In this document: positions 20,190 through 28,260 of the stretch, piece after piece
Layout: each line of letters begins with the position of its first letter
Numbering within the stretch: the stretch's first letter is position 1
Assembly: GCA_040389905.1 (NCBI GenBank)
Contig: JAZJZK010000034.1
Coordinates: 1-64,000 of the forward strand
Source of the DNA: Gemmatimonadota bacterium
Lineage (GTDB): Bacteria; Gemmatimonadota; Gemmatimonadetes; Gemmatimonadales; Gemmatimonadaceae
DNA length: 64,000 bases
Direction: 5' to 3'
Program-made: the position numbers and the translations under genes
Notes under the pieces: model-generated
Databases searched by the model: none
Seen by the model: only the letters and a program-made list of their open reading frames with translations
Told to the model about the DNA's origin: nothing

Positions 20190-20965
20190 TACGCGATCGC
20201 CTCAGCGGCTTCTTCTGCGAGGCGGTTTCGCTCGCGCCTGCGGAAAACGACGTACGACAGCCAGATGCTCACTTCGTACAACAGGTACAGCAGAATGGTG
20301 AGGATGACGTTCGTCACGAAGATGTCACCGGGCGTGATGAACGCGGCAACGACGAACGAGCCGACCAACGCATGACGCCGATACTTTCCGAGGAACTTCG
20401 GCGTGACAAGGCCAAAGGTCGACAGGAGCAGGATCAGAATGGGCAACTCGAAGATGCCGCCCACCGTCAGCACGAGCGTCGTCGCGAATCCGAAATACTC
20501 GCTCGCCGAGATCATCTGGTCGAACGCGTCGTCGCCGATACCGGTGAGGAAGCGCAGCGTCATCGGGAGCACGAGATACCAGGACAGTGCGCACCCGCAG
20601 ATGAAGAGGAAAACCGCGCCGAGCATTGCCGGAACGATGACGCGCTTTTCCTTCTGATGTAGCGCCGGCGAGAGAAAGGCCCAGACCTGTGACACGATGA
20701 CCGGGAGAGCGAACAAGATGCCGACGATAATCGCCACGGACATCAGGATCGACAGTCCGCCGCCGGGATGCGTGTTCATCAGCCGGCGTCCATGCAGATA
20801 GGGGAGTATGGGACCCTGGAGCCAGAGCAGCACCGGCTTCTCGTATTTGAGCAATACGGCGAGGCCCCCGGCAACACCCACGACGAGCGCGCCCAGCGAC
20901 CAGATGATCCGCCAGCGCAGTTCCTCCAGGTGGTCGAGAAATGGCATCTCGGCCGAATTGCTCAT
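20189..20965 (-). CDS. tatC: Twin-arginine translocase TatC
   Basis: EMPFLDHLEELRWRII, QVWAFLSPAL, FELP, AAFITPGD, LYEVSI. Confidence 0.96.
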   Translation of the reverse strand: MSNSAEMPFLDHLEELRWRIIWSLGALVVGVAGGLAVLLKYEKPVLLWLQGPILPYLHGRRLMNTHPGGGLSILMSVAIIVGILFALPVIVSQVWAFLSPALHQKEKRVIVPAMLGAVFLFICGCALSWYLVLPMTLRFLTGIGDDAFDQMISASEYFGFATTLVLTVGGIFELPILILLLSTFGLVTPKFLGKYRRHALVGSFVVAAFITPGDIFVTNVILTILLYLLYEVSIWLSYVVFRRRERNRLAEEAAEAIA

Positions 20966-20987
20966 CGTCGTCTATTCCAGGGTCTGA

Positions 20988-21785
20988 CTACTTGAGAGTA
21001 CGAAGCTGTTCACGTGCGAGCGTTGCCTCGTCCGATCGCGGATACTCGCGAATGATGCGGTCGAACAGTGTGCGCGCCTGGCCCGATTGCCCAGCGGCTT
21101 TCATCGAAAGCGCACGCTTGTACAGCGCGGTAGCCGCCTTCGGCGACTCTGGATACCGCTGAATGACAAGCGCGTATACCGAGTCGGCCGCTGCTTGGTT
21201 CCGTTCCTTTGCATACGTCTCGCCGATGTACACCATCGCTTCCGGGACATCCTCGGACGTCGGGTAGTTCCGAATCAGCTCCTCGAAGCCGGTGCGTGCG
21301 ACGCTCGAGCTTCCCCGCCGCAGCTGGTCGAGCGAGGTCTGGAAGAGTACTGCGGGTCCCGGGCCAGCAGGCGCGGCCGTCGGTCGCTGGGTGGTATCCG
21401 CAGGTATTGTGGCAGGAACGGCCGCGGCCGCCGCACGCTCGTCCAGCGACGCCCGCAATTCCTGAAGGCGTCGCTGGCTCTGTCCGCTCAGCTCCTGCAG
21501 CTGGAGAATCTGGCGGCCCATCTCGTAATGGTCGTTCTTGACGTCTCCCTGCAACTTCGCCAACCGAGCACCTAGTGCGCGGATCGAGTCGTTGGTCTGC
21601 GCGATGTGCGCGAGGATCTGGTCGATGCGCTGGCGCTGCGCCGCATCGGCCTGCACGCTCGCCTGTGATGACGCGTCGCGCATCGATCGCAACTCGCTTT
21701 GCAGCAGCGCAACGTCACCCTTCGACGCGAGACACGCCGTCAACAGCAGCGCGGCGAGTGGCGCGAGACGTCTCGGCGCCCTCAT
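20988..21785 (-). CDS. cpoB: Tol-Pal system protein CpoB/YbgF (lipoprotein form)
   Basis: Lipobox LLTAC, coiled coil, C-terminal TPRs (YPESPKAATALYK, YPRSDEA); follows pal. Confidence 0.88.
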   Translation of the reverse strand: MRAPRRLAPLAALLLTACLASKGDVALLQSELRSMRDASSQASVQADAAQRQRIDQILAHIAQTNDSIRALGARLAKLQGDVKNDHYEMGRQILQLQELSGQSQRRLQELRASLDERAAAAAVPATIPADTTQRPTAAPAGPGPAVLFQTSLDQLRRGSSSVARTGFEELIRNYPTSEDVPEAMVYIGETYAKERNQAAADSVYALVIQRYPESPKAATALYKRALSMKAAGQSGQARTLFDRIIREYPRSDEATLAREQLRTLK

Positions 21786-22411
21786 GGCCGGGGACGCACC
21801 AGCGTGCCGGACGTGTTCTTCGACTCGAACTCCGCGCGGCGGTTTAGCTGGTATGCGGCCTCATCGGTTCCCTGCGACGCAGGCTGCGAATCGCCGAGGC
21901 TCTGTGTGGACATCCGGCTTTCCGAGATGCCCTTGCTCTCGAGATAGCGCTTCACCTGCGCGGCGCGGCGCTGGCCGAGCGCGAGGTTGTATTCTGCCGT
22001 CCCCCGCTCGTCGGTGTGCCCGGTAATCACGATGGTGACACCGCCATTTGCCGCAAGAACGGCCGCCTTTGCGTCCAGCACGGCGCGCGCGTCGTCACGC
22101 AACACGTCCTGGTCGTAGTCGAAGTACACGCGCTGCGACAGCGTATTCGTGAGTTCCGCGCGAACGCGATCGGCTTCGGCGGCTGCGTTGGCAGCCGCGG
22201 TCCGTGCGGCCGCGAGGGAGTCCGCGCGGCGCTGGGCCGCAGCATTGGCGGTGCTGATCGAGTCGGCGCGGCGCCGGTTTGCGGCGTTGTTGTCGACGGC
22301 GGGCACGGCGGCGGCCGGCGCCGGCTCAGGCTCCGGCTTCTTACGGCACGCAACGAGGCTGGACGTGGCGGCAAGGATGGACATAGCGAGAACAACGTTG
22401 CGGCGGGTCAT
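21782..22411 (-). CDS. pal: Peptidoglycan-associated lipoprotein
   Basis: Lipobox LVAC; VYFDYD, GHTDERGTAEYNLALGQRRA, NRRAEF. Confidence 0.95.
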   Translation of the reverse strand: MTRRNVVLAMSILAATSSLVACRKKPEPEPAPAAAVPAVDNNAANRRRADSISTANAAAQRRADSLAAARTAAANAAAEADRVRAELTNTLSQRVYFDYDQDVLRDDARAVLDAKAAVLAANGGVTIVITGHTDERGTAEYNLALGQRRAAQVKRYLESKGISESRMSTQSLGDSQPASQGTDEAAYQLNRRAEFESKNTSGTLVRPRP

Positions 22412-22459
22412 GCAGGTCTCCGGGAATTGGTAAGGATGGCCAGCGGTGACTCAGAAACT

Positions 22460-23755
22460 TCAATTCGATACGGACAGTCGCGGCGACCACGCGGGGTTTC
22501 GCGCCTTGGCGCCGCGAGTGAGTTGCCGAGTGCGTCCTGTTTCGGTGTCCAGCACCCACAATACCTGGGTGCCGCTGCGATCGGAGGAAAATACCATATG
22601 TCTCCCGTCCGGCGCCCATGACGGCTGTTCATTGCGACCATCGCTCGTGAGTTGCTTCAGGGATCGATCCCGCAAACTGATCGTCATGAGCTGAAAGACG
22701 CCGTTGATCCGCGATTGGAATGCGACCGTCCGCCCCTCGGGCGACCACGCGGGCTTGGCGCGGAATGCGTTTTCTCCAAACGCCAGCGGCGTCAAGATGT
22801 CGGTATTCGTGCCGTCAGCGTCCATCGTGTATATCTCCGGATGTCCCGAGCGGCCGGAGGTAAAGGCAATCCGTCGACCGTCCGGTGAGAACGTCCCGTC
22901 CGTGTTGAGACTTCCGCGGCCAACGGAGAGCTGGCGCGACGGTCCGCCCTCTGCCGAACACACATAAAGATCCGACCCGTCCAAACCGTGCGCATAGACG
23001 ATTTCGTCGCCGTCAGGCGTGAAAACGGGTGAACTGTACGTCCCCCCGCCACCGGCGGCGACCACATGCGAACGCCCCGTGAGAAGGTCGAACACGATGA
23101 TCTTGGCAGGCGGCGTGTAGTCGGCGAACGCGAACTTCGTCCCGCCCGGGTGCCACGCTCCGCCGAGGGGCGTCCCAGGAGCCGTCACCGGGGTCGCCTG
23201 CTCGCCATCGGCATCCACCAGCCAGAGTCGGTTGCCTCGCTCGAACAGCACGCGCGTCGCCGAGATTCCGCGGGTGCCCGTCAGCGACTCCTCGACATCA
23301 TCGGATAGGCGATGCACCGACGCGCGCCACGCGCGCATGTCCGTGATTGGCGCGGACGCATAGTCTTTCACGAGCGCCGTCGTCTGCTTGGCAACATCGT
23401 ACACGGCCATGTGCAATCCAGAACCCGTCGGCGTCACTTGAACGGCGGCCACAGCACCAAGCTTCGCCAAGAGCGCCCAGGAAGGCGCCGACGCACGCTC
23501 CGCGTCGGCCAACGCCGACGCGTCGAGCACGATCACATTGATCCGATCGCCAAAATCGAGGTCGCGCTGAATGATGAGTCGCGCCGAGTCTGCACCCACA
23601 CCTCTGCCGGGCAGCACGACGACTCCAGGCCTGGAACCCGGATCGTAGCTCAGGCCGATCCGCACGCCGCGCGTCGTGGTGTCCTGCGCGGAAAGCGGTG
23701 CCGAGAGGAGGAGCAGCGCGGCGAAGGCACGGCGGACGGACATGTATGACGTCAC
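22460..23755 (-). CDS. tolB: Tol-Pal periplasmic beta-propeller protein
   Basis: PD40 repeats (FSPDGRRIAFTSGRSG, PSWAPDGRHMVFSS, PAWSP); directly upstream of pal. Alternative ATG at 23743. Confidence 0.9.
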   Translation of the reverse strand: MTSYMSVRRAFAALLLLSAPLSAQDTTTRGVRIGLSYDPGSRPGVVVLPGRGVGADSARLIIQRDLDFGDRINVIVLDASALADAERASAPSWALLAKLGAVAAVQVTPTGSGLHMAVYDVAKQTTALVKDYASAPITDMRAWRASVHRLSDDVEESLTGTRGISATRVLFERGNRLWLVDADGEQATPVTAPGTPLGGAWHPGGTKFAFADYTPPAKIIVFDLLTGRSHVVAAGGGGTYSSPVFTPDGDEIVYAHGLDGSDLYVCSAEGGPSRQLSVGRGSLNTDGTFSPDGRRIAFTSGRSGHPEIYTMDADGTNTDILTPLAFGENAFRAKPAWSPEGRTVAFQSRINGVFQLMTISLRDRSLKQLTSDGRNEQPSWAPDGRHMVFSSDRSGTQVLWVLDTETGRTRQLTRGAKARNPAWSPRLSVSN

Positions 23756-24456
23756 CGAATGAGTCGTGGGTCGAAGCTGAAAATCACAGGCAGTACATCG
23801 TCGGCGTATCCCGACGGCAATGCACCAAATTTTGACGAAGCCAACTCGACGGCAGCCTTTGCGTCCTCATCGAACGAATACACGCCCGATCGTTTGGTGA
23901 GGCGGAGACCGGCGACCGATCCATCGCGCCTGATGAGGAACGCGACCTCAGCCTGAAGCGCTCCGCGCACTTTTGGCTTGAATTCGACCGCGATCCGCCG
24001 AACGATGTTGTCGAGATACCCTTGATAGGGGAAGGCAGGTCCGTCGATTTTCACATTCGCCACGTCGGCTCCCTTTCCTCCTTCCGGCCCGCCCCCTGCC
24101 TTGACGGGCGCGGCCGCCGGAGGCGTTACGGCGGCGGCGTTGGGCGTGGCAACCTTGGGCGCGCGCGCCGCTGGCTTCTTCGCCGGTGCCTTCAGTCGCG
24201 CCGGCTCCGGCGTCGCCGCCGCGACTGGAGCCGGAGCGGGAGTCACTGGTGCCGCCTCTGGCGCGGGTTGCACCACGCCGATTTGCCGCTCGCCGGGGGG
24301 CGCCGCCACGAGATTGACGCGGTACGACGGTGCGGGCGCCGCCGCGGGCGCGGACCGCATAACGAAAAACAACGCGACGCCCGTGGCGTGCAATAGAGCG
24401 GACGCCAGGAACGGGGTACGGAGCGTCGGGCCGTCGTGCATGACCGTCGCACTCAT
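23752..24456 (-). CDS. tolA: TolA/TonB-like energy transducer
   Basis: TM helix with SALLH motif, Pro/Ala-rich linker, TonB_C-like FLIRRDGSV...SGVYSFDEDA; position between tolR and tolB. Confidence 0.75.
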   Translation of the reverse strand: MSATVMHDGPTLRTPFLASALLHATGVALFFVMRSAPAAAPAPSYRVNLVAAPPGERQIGVVQPAPEAAPVTPAPAPVAAATPEPARLKAPAKKPAARAPKVATPNAAAVTPPAAAPVKAGGGPEGGKGADVANVKIDGPAFPYQGYLDNIVRRIAVEFKPKVRGALQAEVAFLIRRDGSVAGLRLTKRSGVYSFDEDAKAAVELASSKFGALPSGYADDVLPVIFSFDPRLIR

Positions 24457-24863
24457 TTCGCCGTCTCCGGGTCGGTCACGAGACCGACGTCGCTGACGCC
24501 CGCGGCGCGCATGATCGCGAGCACCTGCGTGACGATGCCATACGGAACGCCCTCGTCACCCCGCAGGTACACGCCGTCGCGCGTCCGGTTCGCCGCGAGC
24601 GTCTTGAACGCCGCGCGAAACTCCCCCAACGACATCTTCGTTTCATCGACGTACACAGCCCCGCTTCGGTCGACGCTCACGACGAGACCACTCTTCGCCT
24701 CGAGCGGTTTGGCATCGGCCTTCGGCAGCGCCACATCGACTCCGCCCTGCATCATCGGAGCGGTAATCATGAAGATCACGAGCAACAGAAGCATCACGTC
24801 GATCAGGCTGACGACGTTGATCTCCGCGTTGAGCGGCATCCCTTCGCGACGGCGTCGTCGCAC
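24453..24863 (-). CDS. tolR: TolR/ExbD
   Basis: EINVVSLIDVMLLLLVIFMITAPM, LRGDEGVPYG. Confidence 0.92.
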   Translation of the reverse strand: MRRRRREGMPLNAEINVVSLIDVMLLLLVIFMITAPMMQGGVDVALPKADAKPLEAKSGLVVSVDRSGAVYVDETKMSLGEFRAAFKTLAANRTRDGVYLRGDEGVPYGIVTQVLAIMRAAGVSDVGLVTDPETAK

Positions 24864-24864
24864 C

Positions 24865-25593
24865 TTAGATGCGTCCTTCCCGAACGAGCATCGAAATCAC
24901 CGTCGTGCCGAAGCCCTCGAGCAGATTGTCCAGCCGGTTGAGCCGGTTGGCCAGGATGTTGTACCCGAATGTGGCGGGAATGGCCACGCTCAGCGCCGCG
25001 GCGGTCGCCACGAGCGCCTGCGCCACACCAGGCGCGACCGCGGAGATGTTGCCCGACCCCCGCGTCGAGATACCAACGAACGCGCTGATGATGCCCAGCA
25101 CGGTACCCAGCAGACCGATGAGCGGGCTCGCCGATCCAATCGTTGCCAGCCACGGCAGAAACCGACCGAGACGATCGCGCTCCGACAGCGATTCTGCATC
25201 CAGCACCAGTCGCAGTGTCTCCACGCGGGAAATGGATGCCACGGCAGAGTTTGCCCCGTCAGCAGGCTGACCCTCGCCGCCACGAGCGCGCGTCGTGTCA
25301 CCGACGAACTGCAACGCCCGCACCAGTAATCGCTGCGCCGCATTCGGCGACGAATGCTTCGACACTTCACCGGCCGCCGAGAGGCGCGATGCGCGCTCGA
25401 CATCACGCGCAAACGCGGTCGAGGTCTTCAAGGACTTCGACAGCTGGTGGCCTGCCCCGATCATGATCGCCCAACTCACCAGCGAGAGCACGATCAGAAT
25501 GGCGAGCACGCTCTTGGTCTCGATTCCCGCGTTGAGGATGAGATCCTTCGCCGAGGTCGGCACCGCGCCCGCCGCCTGCAGGAAGAAGATCAT
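24865..25593 (-). CDS. tolQ: TolQ/ExbB proton channel
   Basis: LATIGSASPLIGLLGTVLGII, VAPGVAQALVATA...VAIPA. Confidence 0.92.
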   Translation of the reverse strand: MIFFLQAAGAVPTSAKDLILNAGIETKSVLAILIVLSLVSWAIMIGAGHQLSKSLKTSTAFARDVERASRLSAAGEVSKHSSPNAAQRLLVRALQFVGDTTRARGGEGQPADGANSAVASISRVETLRLVLDAESLSERDRLGRFLPWLATIGSASPLIGLLGTVLGIISAFVGISTRGSGNISAVAPGVAQALVATAAALSVAIPATFGYNILANRLNRLDNLLEGFGTTVISMLVREGRI

Positions 25594-26567
25594 GCCGCGT
25601 CTCCCGTGCGCAACCGCTCGGCGTGACGCGCCGCAAACCAGTCGTACGTCTGCTTCAACCCAGCATCGAGTGACGTGCTCGGCGACCAGCCGAGCAACTG
25701 GCCAGCCTTCCCGACATCCAGGTATGAGGTGCGCTGTTCACCCGGCCGTTCCGGCGCGTGCTCGATACGCGGCTCGACGCCCGCCGCCGCAGCCAGCCCG
25801 TTCGCGAGCGTGAGCACGTCGGTCGCCACGCCCGTGCCCACATTGAAGGCGCGCGCATCCAGGAGCGCGCGGTCAGGCAACGGCTTCGTGGCCGCGAGCC
25901 ACGTCACATCGACGACGTCGCCAACGTACACGTAGTCGCGCGTCTGCAATCCATCGCCAAACACAGTCAGCGGTGTACCGGTAAGGAGGCGGCCGCAGAA
26001 AATTGCCACCACGCCCGCTTCGCCGTGTGGGTCCTGGCGAGGCCCGTAGACGTTGGCGTACCGCACGACGGCCGACTCCACGCCGTGCACGCGGCCGTAG
26101 TACGCGAGATAGTTCTCGACGGCGAGCTTCGCGATCGCGTAGGGCGATTCCGGATTCTTCTCGAACGTCTCCACGTTGGGGGGGGTCGTGTAGTCGCCGT
26201 AGACGGCACCGCCTGTCGACGAAAACACGATCCGCGTGGCCGGCGAGTGATGTCGGACGGCCTCAAAGAGGTTGAGGGACCCCACGATGTTGGTGTCCGC
26301 ATCGAACATCGGTTCCGCCACGCTCTTTCGCACGTCCATCTGGGCCGCGAGATGTACGAGCACACTCGGCTGCAGCGACCTGACCAGGTCAGCGGCCGCC
26401 GCGTCGCGAATGTCGACTTCGTGAAATGTGGCGCCCTCGGCGAGGTTCTCCCGTTTCCCCGTGACCAGGTTGTCGGCGATGTGAACCGTCCACCCTTCCG
26501 CGAGAAATCGTTCAGCGACGTGTGACCCGATGAATCCGGCGCCGCCAGTGATCAAGACCGTGTTCAT
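25590..26567 (-). CDS. NAD-dependent epimerase/dehydratase (UDP-glucose 4-epimerase-like)
   Basis: Real start MNTVLITGGAGFIGSH at 26567; HLAAQMDVRKSV, YAIAK, RYANVYGPRQDPHGEAGVV. Confidence 0.9.
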   Translation of the reverse strand: MNTVLITGGAGFIGSHVAERFLAEGWTVHIADNLVTGKRENLAEGATFHEVDIRDAAAADLVRSLQPSVLVHLAAQMDVRKSVAEPMFDADTNIVGSLNLFEAVRHHSPATRIVFSSTGGAVYGDYTTPPNVETFEKNPESPYAIAKLAVENYLAYYGRVHGVESAVVRYANVYGPRQDPHGEAGVVAIFCGRLLTGTPLTVFGDGLQTRDYVYVGDVVDVTWLAATKPLPDRALLDARAFNVGTGVATDVLTLANGLAAAAGVEPRIEHAPERPGEQRTSYLDVGKAGQLLGWSPSTSLDAGLKQTYDWFAARHAERLRTGDAA

Positions 26568-26612
26568 AGTGGAGTGGCTGGATGAGAACCGACAAGAACC
26601 TGAAAGCTTTTG

Positions 26613-26846
26613 AATGCAGAGGACGCAAAGGAACAACGGAACGGCCTTGACCACGGAGGACACAGAAAACACGGAGAAAAGCACCGTCAATGCAGTTCTC
26701 TGTAGTTCTCTGCGCCCTTTGCGACCTCTGCGTTTAAATTTGCCCCTGCAAAGAAAACAGAGCTCACTGCACCCGAGCAACGCAGTCCTCTGTGTTCCTC
26801 TGTGTCCTCTGTGGTAACCGCCGTTGCTATTGCTGTTGCTATTGCA
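26613..26846. repeat. Composite REP-like cluster of 9-bp periodic arms plus (RTTGCT)n tail
   Basis: Arms 26613-26631/26716-26734 and 26650-26677/26787-26815 are inverted; 26780-26817 matches the reverse complement of 12473-12509 with a single inserted base. Confidence 0.88.
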
Positions 26847-26890
26847 GACCGGACGCACAAACGGCGTCGCGGCGAGAGCCGCGGCGCCGA
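26842..26890 (-). terminator. GC hairpin downstream of the LysM gene, possible terminator
   Basis: CGGCGTCGCGGC-GAGA-GCCGCGGCGCCG at about 26862-26889, followed by TTTG on the minus strand. Confidence 0.5.
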
Positions 26891-26998
26891 TATGGAGCGT
26901 AATTGGCGACGACGTGGGCGATCGCGGTCGTTCTATCGCCCTAATCTAATGTTCGAACGTGCGATACGTCATTCCGTCGGCGCGGCGGACGCGCGTGG

Positions 26999-28126
26999 TC
27001 ACGGCATCCGGGCCGTAATGCGAACGCTCTCGCCAACCTTGATCGCCGGTTGGTTCACCTTGATGACCCGCGCGGTGCTTCCGTACGGCGTCACGCGAAT
27101 GACCTGCGCCCGTGCGATCGACACCTCGGGGATCGCGGGACGCTCACCCGGAACCTCCTTCTCGCGCGGCCGGAACAATTCGACTTCGTCGCCGATGCGC
27201 ATGCCATCCTTCGAACCGAGGTCGAAGAGGACTTCATAGTCCAGCGACGGGAGGACGGCGTTGCGATGAATGGCCCGCACCGTGGTCGTCCGCGTGTCGG
27301 AATACACCACCGGCGAGGCCGTGCTCCCGGCCCCGGCCGTGTCGATCGCAATCACGGCGGCGTTGGCGTTCACCATGCCATAGAGTTCGCGCACTTCCAC
27401 CGTGGCTGCCTCGCCGTTGCGCGGCGCGCGCACCACTTCGAGGAGTGCCGTCGGAATGACGATCGTCCCAACGCCTTCGATCGTTTCGCCAAGGGTATAG
27501 GCAATGAATCGTTCGCGCTCGGCGGCGACGCTCCCGACGGGCGGGACCATGAGCACCTTGTCGAACATCTGAAAATTCGACGTTGAGCGCGCCATGGCGA
27601 TACCGGGAATGTCGGCGCCGAAGAGAAGCTTCCCTGCACCGGCCGGCCCCTTTTCCGGAGCAATCCAGGCGGCGCGAACGACGTCACCAAATGCCACGTG
27701 CGGCGGCGGAACGGGCGCGGCTGCCTTTAAAGCAACCTTCCGGAGGCCGGCCGGCGTGAAAACGGTGGTCGCCGGAGGCGCAACGGGGCGCTGCGCGATA
27801 ATCGGGGCATCCGTTGGCGCCGCGGCGGGCTCCGCGCCCGGAAGCCGCAGGATTTCGCCCGGATAGATCCAATGCGGATCGTCGATCTGATCGGTGTTGA
27901 GCCGGTAAATACCTGGCCAGAGATAGGCGTCGCCGAGATACCGCTTCGCCAAATCCCAGAGCGTATCGCCCTTCTTGACGGTGTGCGTCGTGGGCGTGTC
28001 GGCACGTACGTCCTGCGCCTGCACGGAACCCGACGAGGCCAGGAGGATCAGACCGGCTGTGGAAACGGACCAGCCAGAACGGAGAATGTTCACGCGCTCA
28101 GGGGCTGTTGCGCCATGCGATGGCAC
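26999..28126 (-). CDS. LysM peptidoglycan-binding protein (TsaP-like architecture)
   Basis: Signal peptide; HTVKKGDTLWDLAKRYLGDAYLWPGIY...DPHWIYPGE; C-terminal DLGSKDGMRIGD beta domain. Start uncertain. Confidence 0.8.
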   Translation of the reverse strand: MPSHGATAPERVNILRSGWSVSTAGLILLASSGSVQAQDVRADTPTTHTVKKGDTLWDLAKRYLGDAYLWPGIYRLNTDQIDDPHWIYPGEILRLPGAEPAAAPTDAPIIAQRPVAPPATTVFTPAGLRKVALKAAAPVPPPHVAFGDVVRAAWIAPEKGPAGAGKLLFGADIPGIAMARSTSNFQMFDKVLMVPPVGSVAAERERFIAYTLGETIEGVGTIVIPTALLEVVRAPRNGEAATVEVRELYGMVNANAAVIAIDTAGAGSTASPVVYSDTRTTTVRAIHRNAVLPSLDYEVLFDLGSKDGMRIGDEVELFRPREKEVPGERPAIPEVSIARAQVIRVTPYGSTARVIKVNQPAIKVGESVRITARMP

Positions 28127-28197
28127 ATATGGATACGTCGGACGTCCGCCGGCAGCGGCGGTGCTCGATAACTGACGACTGGCGGCCTAATTGAGAA

Positions 28198-28235
28198 ACC
28201 GGCCGACTCGCGATAATAGTCGCGGGTCAGCCGGT
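28198..28235 (-). terminator. Hairpin after the anti-sigma gene
   Basis: ACCGGCCGACTCGCGA-N6-TCGCGGGTCAGCCGGT imperfect 16-bp stem. Confidence 0.5.
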
Positions 28236-28260
28236 AGCACAACTGCCAACCAGCGACGGG

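Noticed and set aside
26568..26858. N-terminal extension of the 422-aa epimerase ORF
   Set aside because: It reads through the repeat cluster; the Rossmann motif starts right after the ATG at 26567.
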